Counted from the stretch's first letter, positions 8,937 through 19,125 are shown. The stretch is 64,000 bases of DNA from Candidatus Woesearchaeota archaeon (GCA_964354405.1 CAYGZP010000001.1:15634-79633); one strand, 5' to 3'. Notes: generated by a model from the sequence alone, not told the origin. Translations and numbers: made by a program.

Positions 8937-9914
8937 ATGAAAAAAACAATAAAATATAAGGCATTAGAATTGGGTAAAGATGGAAAGTTAAGAATTGTAC
9001 AAAAAGAATTATTTACTTCTAAACCATATGCAAAAATGATTTACAGTGGAATTTGTGGAACTGATAAACATGCAATAAATGGGTCTTTGAAATTAGATCT
9101 TCCAATAGTCCTGGGGCATGAAAATGTTGGAATAGTTAACGGAAAAAGAGTTACGTGGTCAACAATTTTACCATGCAAAAAATGCGCCAATTGCTTATGT
9201 GGAATGGAAAACATATGTGAAAAAAATCAATTGTTTGGAATAACAACAAGAAAACCAATGGCAGGTGGTTTTGGTGAATATACCCCTCTGCCCAAAAATA
9301 CAATATTATTTGAGATTCCTGATGATATAGACGATGATGTTGCTGTTTTAATAGAGACTATGGCAAGTACAAAAGCACTAAATAGAGTTAATTTAAATGG
9401 TAAAAAAATATTGATTATAGGTTCTGGTCCAATAGGGATGTTATCTGCAATTCACGCTAAATCTAAAGGTGCCGAAACTATAGGAATTACAGGGTATAAA
9501 GAACAAGTTAATTTAATAAAAGGCATCATTGATGAATTTTATGAAAAAAACATTCCTGTAAAGAAGATAAAAAGTGAATATGACATTGTTATGGATGCTG
9601 GAGGAAATGTTGGTTCACTTGACTATTCTGTTGAAGCGGTAAAACCAAGAGGAATTGTTATAGAAAGTGGATGCATGGTTAAAGATTTCTTCTTTGACAT
9701 TTCAAAATTAGTCAAAAAAGAACTTACAATGATTACGCAACTAGGTTATGTGCCTAAAGATTTCAAATGGGCTATAGAACTAATCAGAAAAAATAAAAAA
9801 ATATTAAAAAAAGTCATAACTCATAAATTTAAAATTACAGAATATGAGAAAGCGGTTGATGTTCTTAAAAATGTAAAACATGGAAAAGTTATGTTTTCTT
9901 TTAAAGAAAACTAA
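8937..9914 (+). CDS. zinc-dependent alcohol dehydrogenase family (MDR) oxidoreductase
   Basis: GICGTDKH and GHENVG catalytic-zinc motifs, structural-zinc Cys cluster CKKCANCLCG, and GSGPIGM Rossmann motif. Confidence 0.7.
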   Translation: MKKTIKYKALELGKDGKLRIVQKELFTSKPYAKMIYSGICGTDKHAINGSLKLDLPIVLGHENVGIVNGKRVTWSTILPCKKCANCLCGMENICEKNQLFGITTRKPMAGGFGEYTPLPKNTILFEIPDDIDDDVAVLIETMASTKALNRVNLNGKKILIIGSGPIGMLSAIHAKSKGAETIGITGYKEQVNLIKGIIDEFYEKNIPVKKIKSEYDIVMDAGGNVGSLDYSVEAVKPRGIVIESGCMVKDFFFDISKLVKKELTMITQLGYVPKDFKWAIELIRKNKKILKKVITHKFKITEYEKAVDVLKNVKHGKVMFSFKEN

Positions 9915-10687
9915 AGCTTATTCTTTTTGAGTATATTTTTTAATTTCTCCTTATTTAAATCTCCTATTTTAATATCCCCTACTTTTTGTTTATAAGTATA
10001 GACTTCTCCTATTGAATTAACAAAACATGAATCCTCAGGCATATCTTTTGCTTTACATGCATTAATGTTTAGATGGGGAAATTTGGACTTTATCTTTAAA
10101 ATTAGAGAATTATACTCCTCATGAGGAATAGAGAATTTTTTCTTGTATCTTTTGGCCTTATTTAGTGGAACAAATTCAAGTAAAAACCATTCATTTATCT
10201 TATAGGTCTTTAATATATCTCCGATATTTTGTATATCTGAAAAATTCAATCGGGTTATTAATGTTTTAATGTCAACTTTTATTCTGAGGTTATTGAATGT
10301 TTTAATTAAATATAATGTTTTGTTGAAGATGTTTCCGCTTTTTCTCATAATAAAACTTTTTTGGTTATTTGAGCTATCTAAAGTCAAACTAACTATATCA
10401 ACATATTTTAATATTTCTTTTGCTTTGTTTTTTGTAATATTCAGTCCAGTTATATGAGCGCTTATAGATAATCCTTTAGACCGAGCATACTTTAAAATCT
10501 CTAGAAAATCCTTGCAATAAGCAGGGTCCCCTCCACTAAGTATAATCCCTTTAAAACCTGCTTTGACAATTTGGGAAATTATAAACTTTTTGAAATTTGT
10601 TGAAACATCCCTATATCTTTTGTCCCAAAAACAAAAATTACAATTTAAAGGACAAGTGTTCCCCATAAGATAATATGCTATTTTCAT
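9911..10687 (-). CDS. radical SAM domain protein
   Basis: CPLNCNFC (Cx3Cx2C) near the N-terminus; GGDP motif; 258 aa. Confidence 0.55.
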   Translation of the reverse strand: MKIAYYLMGNTCPLNCNFCFWDKRYRDVSTNFKKFIISQIVKAGFKGIILSGGDPAYCKDFLEILKYARSKGLSISAHITGLNITKNKAKEILKYVDIVSLTLDSSNNQKSFIMRKSGNIFNKTLYLIKTFNNLRIKVDIKTLITRLNFSDIQNIGDILKTYKINEWFLLEFVPLNKAKRYKKKFSIPHEEYNSLILKIKSKFPHLNINACKAKDMPEDSCFVNSIGEVYTYKQKVGDIKIGDLNKEKLKNILKKNKL

Positions 10688-10722
10688 TTAATCAATAACA
10701 AGAAAAAGCTTTATAAATTTTC

Positions 10723-11703
10723 TTAAAAATTAATTTTCATGGCTTCTTGAGCTTCCTTTAATGTTTGTTTAGCTACTTTTCTTGCTATTTTGCTTGAATC
10801 ATATAAAATCTGTCTTACTTGTTCTCTTTTAGAAGAATAATGGGCTCTTGTTTCTCTAAATAAAGAAAAATGATTGTATAAAATATCTGTTAATTGTCTT
10901 TTACAATCAACACAACCTCTATGACCACTTGAACACTCTAATTTAAGTTGTTGTTTATTTGGATTATAATAATTGTGAAGCATATATACACTACATATTT
11001 CGGGATGTCCAATATCGGCTTTTCTTATTTTTTGGATATCTGTAATCATAGTTGTTACTTTCTTAAGGAGGTTTTCTTTATTTTCTTCTGGAGAAATAAA
11101 ATTCCCTAAACTTTTACTCATTTTCCTTCCATCAGTACCTAATACTTTAGGATTTTCTGTTAAAATTATTTTAGGTTCTGGAAAAACATAATCAAAGAGG
11201 CCATTAAATCTCCTTATGATTTCTCTTGTTAATTCAAGATGAGGTGCTTGATCTTTTCCTACAGGTATGTGGGTTGCTTTGTATAATGCCATATCTGAAG
11301 CTTGTAATATAGGATAACCAAGAATGCCATAACTAGGATTTTTAATTTTTTCATTTACAACTATCTCTTTATATACAGGACACCGTTCTAACCAAGATAC
11401 GGGTGTTATCATAGAAAGCAAAGTATAAAGTCCAGTGTGCTCTGGAACAAGAGATTGCAAGAATATTGTTGATTTATTAGGATCAATTCCCAAAGATAGC
11501 CAATCAATAACCATTTCAAAAATATTTTCTTTTATTTTTGAATAATCTGTTCTATCTGTCATTGCATGAAAATCTGCAACTTCAAAAAAACATTTTTCTC
11601 CTTCATTTTGTAGTTTTAACCAACTATCAACCACCCCTACAATATGACCTAGATGCAACTTTCCAGTAGGTCTCATTCCACTTAATATTACTTTTTTCTC
11701 CAT
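10723..11703 (-). CDS. trpS2: tryptophanyl-tRNA synthetase, bacterial type (second TrpRS)
   Basis: SGMRPTGKLHLGH, GIDPNKSTIFLQSLVPEH, PVGKDQAPHLELTREIIRRFN and KMSKS align closely with bacterial TrpS. 326 aa. Confidence 0.75.
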   Translation of the reverse strand: MEKKVILSGMRPTGKLHLGHIVGVVDSWLKLQNEGEKCFFEVADFHAMTDRTDYSKIKENIFEMVIDWLSLGIDPNKSTIFLQSLVPEHTGLYTLLSMITPVSWLERCPVYKEIVVNEKIKNPSYGILGYPILQASDMALYKATHIPVGKDQAPHLELTREIIRRFNGLFDYVFPEPKIILTENPKVLGTDGRKMSKSLGNFISPEENKENLLKKVTTMITDIQKIRKADIGHPEICSVYMLHNYYNPNKQQLKLECSSGHRGCVDCKRQLTDILYNHFSLFRETRAHYSSKREQVRQILYDSSKIARKVAKQTLKEAQEAMKINF

Positions 11704-11753
11704 ATTTTTTAAAATGACCTTTATTTTAAATATCTTTCTCGAATAGCGGCTTA

Positions 11754-11792
11754 TTAACCCCTCGTCAGTGACAAACCAAAAAGTTTAAATAT
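11754..11792 (+). promoter_or_regulatory. conserved upstream element A, copy 3
   Basis: TTAACCCCTCGTCAGTGACAAACCAAAAAGTTTAAATAT, about 30 nt upstream of the 11821 start. Confidence 0.55.
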
Positions 11793-11820
11793 CTCTTTAT
11801 CTTATAAATCATATCGAAAA

Positions 11821-12813
11821 ATGTCAAATATAATCACATTAGCCCAACTCATAGCCCAACTTCTAAACACAAATCCCCAAGACATGAAGAACACACAATT
11901 CATTCCTCTCAATCCAGTCCAATATGTCATGATAGATGAAAAAAAAGAAGAAAAAATAAGTCCAAGTCTTGCTGCGCCCATGTTTCATGGAAGGGTATGG
12001 AGAGATTTATATGGGGCTGGTGCAGATAGTGCAGATGTAATCATAACAAATAAAAATGGGATTGATACAGTTATGGCAAGAGTTGGAAGGACAGGGACAA
12101 CCAGTTATTACAGTAGAACTGTTCCAGATGGCTGGGGTTTAGTAATAGGAGATATAGTAATAATAAAAGCAAAAGATATTGATGGTGACAGTGCAAAAAC
12201 ATGGAGAAATGTTACAAGTGCAACCGGAGCAAATCTAGTTATTGACTTGTTCACAGAAAATGTATATAATACTCATAAAGGACACTCATTACTTATCAAA
12301 GCAGTTAAGGATGACTTAATTGATAGTGTTGATGCAAAGTGTTGGGTTAAAGGAAAACCAGATACATTGCAAGATAGATTCAGAAGGAATACTTCATTCT
12401 ATAACATTGCTTTCAACGCAGAAAACTTCCCAACAGCTTCAAGGCCAACTTTGGGAGACAGCATTTTTTTCAAGATGACTACAGGTACTTATGCAGCAGA
12501 ATCAAAAGGACTTTATTTAAATCAGTTTATCGACGGTGATACATTCCCTTCATGCTCATTAAGATTACTTGGCGTAACAGAAGAACAATTAGAAAGAAAA
12601 TTAAGAGATAATAGACTTATCATAACACCAAACCCTTCAAAAGGAATGATTGTCTTGCCATCTCAATTCAAAGGATTCTTGTATGATGCTTCAGGAAGAA
12701 AAATTATGGATATAAAAAATGAAAAACTTGATTTGAGAAATTACTCAAACGGAGTTTACTTCGTGACAGACATTGATAACAAACAAAGAGGAAAATTAAC
12801 TTTACTCAAGTAA
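11821..12813 (+). CDS. hypothetical protein with T9SS-type (Por_Secre_tail-like) C-terminal domain
   Basis: C-terminal 65 aa, ITPNPSKGMIVLPSQFKGFLYDASGRKIMDIKNEKLDLRNYSNGVYFVTDIDNKQRGKLTLLK, matches the consensus of bacterial type IX secretion C-terminal sorting domains. No obvious N-terminal signal peptide. Confidence 0.45.
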   Translation: MSNIITLAQLIAQLLNTNPQDMKNTQFIPLNPVQYVMIDEKKEEKISPSLAAPMFHGRVWRDLYGAGADSADVIITNKNGIDTVMARVGRTGTTSYYSRTVPDGWGLVIGDIVIIKAKDIDGDSAKTWRNVTSATGANLVIDLFTENVYNTHKGHSLLIKAVKDDLIDSVDAKCWVKGKPDTLQDRFRRNTSFYNIAFNAENFPTASRPTLGDSIFFKMTTGTYAAESKGLYLNQFIDGDTFPSCSLRLLGVTEEQLERKLRDNRLIITPNPSKGMIVLPSQFKGFLYDASGRKIMDIKNEKLDLRNYSNGVYFVTDIDNKQRGKLTLLK

Positions 12814-12821
12814 TTTATTAT

Positions 12822-15800
12822 TTATTCTTGCACCCAAGTAATATTTGAGGTTAAACCACCAACATAATAAATAGTTCCTGCTTGAAGATTAAAGTTAAGT
12901 TGATCTTCGGGGAAGTCCCTTATAAATTTACATTGTGAAAAGGTACCTAGTAAATAATACTGTTCAATCGGGTCCCATGCCGCAACAACAGAGGTTTCAT
13001 CATTCCCTAATCCCAAACCTAAAGCTATACACAAATCAACCGCCTTCGCCAACCTCGTGTCAAGAGGAAGAGCGATGTAATTGGCCATGCCGTCCTGATT
13101 TCCATATAAATTATAACTAACTCGCTCAGGAAGCTCTCCGACCCACGTGAAATCATCAAAGTCCATTGTCGCAGCGACAAAGTAAGGCGAGTTGTCTGTG
13201 AGAGGGAAAATTCCTGTGACTGTGTATTCTGGAGGCCCTTGAGTGACTGAATCACCAGGAGTGATATAGCCTCCTTGATATTGGTTTGAATAAGCTGTGT
13301 CTTGCATTATCGCCGCCCCCGTCATATAATTATTTCCTTGTTCAGATTGAGTTTCATATCTGTGATCTTCTTCGTAAATTCCATAAATTCCCTTGCCTCT
13401 GTTGAACCATCCTCTCGCCGAGCCCTGTTGATCCTGTCTCATGACATTCCATCTCGCAATATAATCTATAGGAACAGTGCTAAGTAAGAAATCTTTAGTT
13501 GAGTGAATTCCTTCGATTGGAAGGAACAAGAACCAATTGATGCTTGTTTGAGGAGTCTCACCATAACGTTTAGGTTCATTATATATCAGAGGCTGAGTGT
13601 ATTTAACAAAAATATCTGAGCTTTGGTTGCATGCTATAGCATACTCTCCTTCTTCGCACTGGGCATAAGTTATCAGATTATCAGAAGGCTTGGCCAAGTC
13701 ACATCTGACATTATACCATCCCTCGCTCTTTGAAGGCGCAAAACAGCACTGTGGCTCATCTCCTATAACACATAAATCCTCTTTCAAAAACTCTTCTGTG
13801 CAAGGATCATACCATCCCTCGCGATGCACTCCCTGATAATACTGCCAGCACTCTGGCTTGCAAGCTCCTATTCCAAGTTTAACTTTCGCTATGACTTTAA
13901 AAAATTTCAACCTTTCATCAACTCTCTCTTGCCATGAATTCCCCGAGATACCTTGCCCAATCAAAGTGAAATTGCTCAAATTTCTCTGTCCTTGAACCTT
14001 GTCAGCAGCCAAAACATTTGTGTTCAACAACTGATTTCCTGCAGCAGTCTGCCAAGTTAGTATTAATATTTTGTCAGGGATATTCCACGAGACATCTGTA
14101 TCAAGTTTAGGAAGCGCTGAACAATTTGTTATGTTCATTGCACAATCTTCAGGACAATTGCAATAATTCTCGCAACTCTGGCATAATCCATCTCCGCATT
14201 TAGTGCAGCATTCGCTTCCAACAGACGCACACACGTCACAATCATTAGTTGTTCGATAACAATCCATATCGTAAATGAAACTTGTAGTTAATCCTTCACA
14301 ACACTCTTTATAAGAAGGATGCCCTGGAGGAAATATTGCAAATGCCGAGCATAACTGTTCACAGCAATGTCCACAGTCTTCTGGGCAGTTAGTGCAATTC
14401 TCTCCAATGGTTGCATCACAAATACTATCCCCGCACCATTCTACAGGCTCAACTCCGCCTCCACCGCCGCCGCCAGATGTTCTGACATTAAAACAATGCT
14501 CAATATTGCTCATTGTTGTATTCCATTGATCACTTGAGTCATTAGCCCACTGGTTCCAGCATATTATCTTGCCAGCATCTCCTGCTGTATTAATAGTATT
14601 ATTACACCATCCCGAGTTTCCTGCCATATCGCAAGTCGAGACATTAGTCCAAGTTCCCGAATCATTAGTTCTGAAAACTGCTTGGCTCAACTCAACATCA
14701 TCCTCCCAGTAAACATAAACATTGACATTAGTTCCTTGCCTTACACTCCCTCCTGAATTGTCATCATCTTGGCTGTAATTAGGCGCTGAAGTGTCCCCGC
14801 CGCCGGCCTCGCCCATCGGCGCGAAGATGCTGAAGTTGCTGATATTAACATAAACATAATTGCCAGCAGTGCTGACATTGCTTCCATCAATAATGCTCCA
14901 TGTTCCAAACACTGGCGGATCCCCAGAATATTCCCACATTGCTAAAGTGCTTTCATTGACATCGCCGAGCTCGCTTTCATTGTAAGAGATGTTAAGAGTA
15001 ATCCATGGTGAACTAGGAACCCCCAATACACAATTTTGTTGAGTTTCACAATAAGAGTCATTATAAGTGTCACAAGTTGAGTGAGTGCCTTCGCACCATC
15101 CTCCAACATTCCATGAGCAACCCTGCTGTCCAGGACATTCTTCCTCAAAGAAGTTCCCACAGTCTAAAGCCTCCCCCGCACAAAGGAAAGTGCCTGAGAG
15201 ATCTTCAGTTGTGTTGCTTATATTAAGATACTTGCTTATATTTTGATAGCCGTCAGGGTCGGTTGCAGGTGATGTCGCTGATTTCAAGGCAATATTCCAT
15301 GCATTAAAACTGGTTCTCATGTCATCAACGCTCAAATTAGTCACAGAATCATAACCCGAAGCTGGGTCATCAGCATATTCTATATAAAAGTCATAAATCC
15401 CGCTGTTAGTAATCTCATTGTTAGTGAAATCATTGCTGCCGCTCTCTAACAACGCTTCTCCAGGGCTTGCAATATAAATCGCATAATCCACATCATCAAG
15501 AGTATTGCCTTCAACATCACAATTATCCTCATCACTCAAATAGATTCCATAATCTCCTCCTGAAATGTTATTGAATGAGACATTATGCAAACTTCCTGGG
15601 CCACCGCCCCCTCCTGAAGTTGCATCCAGTAAAACATGAACAGTGTTAGCATCCATAACATTTGAAAAGACAACATCACTATCACATAATCTTGCTACAA
15701 CCCCATATTCATTATTCGTAAAATTATTTTCTTCTATTCGGTTGTTCCCATTCACATCATAAACCCCATAATAATTATTGTTTAAGATAGATTCAGAAAC

Positions 15801-18629
15801 ATTCGAGCTTGAAGTGTATTTCATGTAGACTCCTGCAACGCCCTCTTGGTTGTTTGTATCAATGTTGGAATCTTCAATCAAGACTCCTACAACACCTTCA
15901 GCAAGCAGAATTCCATCTTCACTCGAAACATTCCTGAAAGTCAAATCAGAAGGGTCAACATCATAACTGTATCCTACAATAATCTGCCCAGCATCCAAAT
16001 CCTCGACAAGAGTATTAGAAACATTGCAGTAATAATAAACTGGCTTGCCTTCAACCAAGTTACTCGAGTCAATATCACTGGGCTCTGCGCCACCGCCGCC
16101 AGGAGAATAACAATCTGCGCTAATGTCAAATCCATAACCTTTGGCAGTGGTTATAACATTATCTCTGAATATATTTCGTGATTCAGGAGTGTAAGTTTCA
16201 GTGTTTTGAAGATAAATTCCTGTGGCTCCAACTCCTGAAGTTTCTATGTTGTTATTTCGAATATACTTAAAGTCATCCGCAACATAATTTATATGTATTC
16301 CATAACTATAAACCGGGGTGGCGGCTGTTGTAGCATTTCCATAAGTTATGATATTATTATAATCCACATAGGTTGTACTTGGATACTCTAGATAAATCCC
16401 TTTACAGCCCTTGCAATTAGTCGTGATGTTGTTATTGCTAATATTAGTTTGATTACAATATTCTATCCATATCCCGTTGTTCTCGTCATCGCCAGAAGTG
16501 ATTATAGTGTTGTTGAAGAAAGTGTTGTTGATATCACCTTCAGCATTGCAATATACAGTTCCGTCGCGACTTCCTGTTATACTATCTTCAATATAGTTGT
16601 GGGCAAAAAAGTTGTGATCCCCGTCAAACTCAATTTCTGTGATATTGTAAAGACTATTATTCGCAACGATGTCAGAATTACCCGAGAAATAAAGATAGGC
16701 GCCGCCAGTAAAAATATTATCTGTGACTGTATTGTTATTGCATGCCGATCCCGTGCTACAAACTCCCATCACATTTCCAGTAGTAGGAACAACAATATCA
16801 TTATTATCAATTGTATTATGATTTGAACCTTGATAAAAGTTTATCCCTCTCGAGTTACTATTGATGGTGATTATATTGCCTTCGATTGTGCTGTTTTCTA
16901 CATTATTGAAATAAATCGCATTACTGTTAGCCTGGCTAACATTAATCTGTTCTATAACACAATTTCTTATAGTAACATTATCAAAACCCCCAGAATTATC
17001 AATGGCATACCCCGCGCTATTAACACTATAATTGATAGTATTGCCTTGACAATCAATTGTTATGCTGGCATTATTAATAATAAATGCAGTTCCATTGCAC
17101 TGGACATCTTCAACCAAGACAACACTCTCGTTAGCATAATAAGGGCAAGTCATGTTTCCTGTTCCAAGATAAGCAGTGAAGTGTTTAGGATTGAATGAGA
17201 TGTGAGTTCCATTATCAAGGAACTCTAAACCAGAATCTTTCCACGAGCTCAAACATGCAAAATCATCAATACTCCAATCATCACACTGCAAAATTCTCGC
17301 GATAGGCATTGTGCTTATTTTTTCAAGTGTAATTGTTGCGCTCTCAATTTCTATCTCTTGCGAAGGCTCGATCGCAAATATTTCAGTCAACGCGCCCTGT
17401 GATTTCTGCGCGTCTGTTGGTTGGTCTATCTGAATAATAGTTTCTGGAGGAACTGCAATGAAGTTTATCTCAGATTCAGGCAGTGACACAGGATTTTCCA
17501 TTATCACGCCGCCAGTGACTCCTTCTTGTTCAATATTTTCAACTTGAAGGTTATTCTCAACTCGATTTCCAACTTTAACTTTTCCAATTTTTAATTTTAT
17601 TCTCGGCTCATTTGAAGTTATTTCATCTTGGATATTTCCTTCGCTGTCAACAACTTTTATTGTTATTTCAGCAGGCGAGATGGTTACATCTTGTGATTCT
17701 TGCAATAACTCTTGTCCTTGATAAATAAACTTGACAGTCAAAGTATAAGTTCCTGGCTGTTCAGCTCGTAATCCCAAAGCACCCAACTCCAAATTAAAAT
17801 CTTTCTCTTCGCCAAGGTAACTTTCTCCGAAACCGCTGAAACTTTCAAAATATTCTGTTGATGCTTCCAATATATTATCCTTAATCTCAAGTCTGACACT
17901 ATCATCATCAATCTTTTTGTCTTGAACTCGCACACTCCCAACGATTAAATCCGCGCTCTCGCCCTCTCCAAGTTCATAAGAAAATATTTTTTCAGCCGAG
18001 CATGTCGCCTCAATAATCTTGCCATTTGCATTTTCCTCCAATACAGCAAAACCATCCCATATCCCAAATCTTTTAAATAAAGAAATAATAAATCCAGTCA
18101 ATGGATTTTGTGTCTCTTGATTTTCTTCAGCGCCTTCAGTACTAGTACTATTAGTCTCATTATTTTCTTCTGCTGTTTCTCCAACACTTTCAATCTCCTC
18201 TTCGCCATTCTCGCTGTTCACTTCTGCTTGGCCGATATTCAATTTGAAAGAAATTTCGGGATAAACCATATAATGTCCTTCGAAGCCATAACCAAAACCC
18301 TCTCCGCTCAGCTCTTTATCATCAAAATAAAAAGCCCCATGCTGCTCTTCAAGACTCAAGCCACTCGCATCAACAAACTCTTTTAAACTCATTTCTTTAG
18401 TTGCCTCGCCTAGCGTTGCCACAACTCTTGTTGATGAAGGCAACAGCTCCCCTTCTCTAAGCTTTAAGTTCAACATTCCTTTGACAACTTCATTCGTAGC
18501 AAAATCATTTTTCTCGAAGAAAACAGTTCTCCCAGTTATATCAAACTTGACAAATATTAGTAACAATGCTATAACAAAAAGTACAAAAACACTCAAGACT
18601 ATAGTTCTTAGCTTTTCCTCTTTTAACAT
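12822..18629 (-). CDS. giant (1935 aa) membrane-anchored surface protein with parallel beta-helix repeats
   Basis: N-terminal signal/anchor MLKEEKLRTIVLSVFVLFVIALLLIFV. Long runs of N/G/T/I-rich beta-helix (PbH1-like) repeats. Poly-Gly linkers. Cys-rich modules with the repeated CPEDC motif. Confidence 0.7.
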   Translation of the reverse strand: MLKEEKLRTIVLSVFVLFVIALLLIFVKFDITGRTVFFEKNDFATNEVVKGMLNLKLREGELLPSSTRVVATLGEATKEMSLKEFVDASGLSLEEQHGAFYFDDKELSGEGFGYGFEGHYMVYPEISFKLNIGQAEVNSENGEEEIESVGETAEENNETNSTSTEGAEENQETQNPLTGFIISLFKRFGIWDGFAVLEENANGKIIEATCSAEKIFSYELGEGESADLIVGSVRVQDKKIDDDSVRLEIKDNILEASTEYFESFSGFGESYLGEEKDFNLELGALGLRAEQPGTYTLTVKFIYQGQELLQESQDVTISPAEITIKVVDSEGNIQDEITSNEPRIKLKIGKVKVGNRVENNLQVENIEQEGVTGGVIMENPVSLPESEINFIAVPPETIIQIDQPTDAQKSQGALTEIFAIEPSQEIEIESATITLEKISTMPIARILQCDDWSIDDFACLSSWKDSGLEFLDNGTHISFNPKHFTAYLGTGNMTCPYYANESVVLVEDVQCNGTAFIINNASITIDCQGNTINYSVNSAGYAIDNSGGFDNVTIRNCVIEQINVSQANSNAIYFNNVENSTIEGNIITINSNSRGINFYQGSNHNTIDNNDIVVPTTGNVMGVCSTGSACNNNTVTDNIFTGGAYLYFSGNSDIVANNSLYNITEIEFDGDHNFFAHNYIEDSITGSRDGTVYCNAEGDINNTFFNNTIITSGDDENNGIWIEYCNQTNISNNNITTNCKGCKGIYLEYPSTTYVDYNNIITYGNATTAATPVYSYGIHINYVADDFKYIRNNNIETSGVGATGIYLQNTETYTPESRNIFRDNVITTAKGYGFDISADCYSPGGGGAEPSDIDSSNLVEGKPVYYYCNVSNTLVEDLDAGQIIVGYSYDVDPSDLTFRNVSSEDGILLAEGVVGVLIEDSNIDTNNQEGVAGVYMKYTSSSNVSESILNNNYYGVYDVNGNNRIEENNFTNNEYGVVARLCDSDVVFSNVMDANTVHVLLDATSGGGGGPGSLHNVSFNNISGGDYGIYLSDEDNCDVEGNTLDDVDYAIYIASPGEALLESGSNDFTNNEITNSGIYDFYIEYADDPASGYDSVTNLSVDDMRTSFNAWNIALKSATSPATDPDGYQNISKYLNISNTTEDLSGTFLCAGEALDCGNFFEEECPGQQGCSWNVGGWCEGTHSTCDTYNDSYCETQQNCVLGVPSSPWITLNISYNESELGDVNESTLAMWEYSGDPPVFGTWSIIDGSNVSTAGNYVYVNISNFSIFAPMGEAGGGDTSAPNYSQDDDNSGGSVRQGTNVNVYVYWEDDVELSQAVFRTNDSGTWTNVSTCDMAGNSGWCNNTINTAGDAGKIICWNQWANDSSDQWNTTMSNIEHCFNVRTSGGGGGGGVEPVEWCGDSICDATIGENCTNCPEDCGHCCEQLCSAFAIFPPGHPSYKECCEGLTTSFIYDMDCYRTTNDCDVCASVGSECCTKCGDGLCQSCENYCNCPEDCAMNITNCSALPKLDTDVSWNIPDKILILTWQTAAGNQLLNTNVLAADKVQGQRNLSNFTLIGQGISGNSWQERVDERLKFFKVIAKVKLGIGACKPECWQYYQGVHREGWYDPCTEEFLKEDLCVIGDEPQCCFAPSKSEGWYNVRCDLAKPSDNLITYAQCEEGEYAIACNQSSDIFVKYTQPLIYNEPKRYGETPQTSINWFLFLPIEGIHSTKDFLLSTVPIDYIARWNVMRQDQQGSARGWFNRGKGIYGIYEEDHRYETQSEQGNNYMTGAAIMQDTAYSNQYQGGYITPGDSVTQGPPEYTVTGIFPLTDNSPYFVAATMDFDDFTWVGELPERVSYNLYGNQDGMANYIALPLDTRLAKAVDLCIALGLGLGNDETSVVAAWDPIEQYYLLGTFSQCKFIRDFPEDQLNFNLQAGTIYYVGGLTSNITWVQE

Positions 18630-18766
18630 GATATAATAGTTAACAAATTCGCATTTTTAAACATTTTTATATAATTAGTATATATTATTACAGCATCAGA
18701 TTTGCCGGGTTTTCAATAATGTGTAACAATAGTAACCTTTTTATATGGTTTTTATCTACTTTCATT

Positions 18767-19075
18767 ATGGCAAGAACAAGGATAAAACTCGCGAGCATTG
18801 ATATAAGCAAGCTAAATGAAATTATCACTGCAATAAAAGATATAGCGTCGAAGAGCGGAGTTGTGATAAGAGGGCCTATTCCTCTTCCAACTAAAAAACT
18901 AAAAGTCACGACAAGAAAATCACCATGCGGCAACGGCAAAGCCACTTTTGACAGATTTGAGATGAGAATCCACAAAAGACTTATGGATTTGCCAGCTGAT
19001 GAGCGAGTTCTGCACAGCATAATGAGACTATTGATCCCAAAAGACGTCAATGTAGAGATAGAGATGATTGAGTAG
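18767..19075 (+). CDS. rps10: 30S ribosomal protein S10 (uS10)
   Basis: MARTRIKLASIDISKLNEI...VIRGPIPLPTKKLKVTTRKSP...HKRLMDL is typical S10. ORF-track start at 18719 is probably upstream of the true start. Confidence 0.8.
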   Translation: MARTRIKLASIDISKLNEIITAIKDIASKSGVVIRGPIPLPTKKLKVTTRKSPCGNGKATFDRFEMRIHKRLMDLPADERVLHSIMRLLIPKDVNVEIEMIE

Positions 19076-19125
19076 GGACAAATCTTTTAGAATTTCTGAA
19101 TTTTATACAATTTATATCTTAGAAA

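Noticed and set aside
11821-12813. Possibility that the window derives from a Bacteroidota genome because of the T9SS-type C-terminal domain
   Set aside because: The surrounding informational genes (TFB, aIF2-alpha, S27e, S8e, L44e, LSm, SRP54 with archaeal features) are unambiguously archaeal, so the domain is treated as acquired or repurposed.
13025-17198. Multiple 60-125-aa ORFs on the + strand inside the giant gene 12822..18629 (for example 15846..16181, 16449..16826, 16830..17198)
   Set aside because: They are antisense shadow ORFs with low-complexity, Ile/Asn-rich translations, typical of AT-rich repeats, and sit inside a strongly coding minus-strand gene.
18688-19050. 120-aa minus-strand ORF overlapping rps10
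   Set aside because: It is antisense to a clear S10 gene and lacks a coherent domain.
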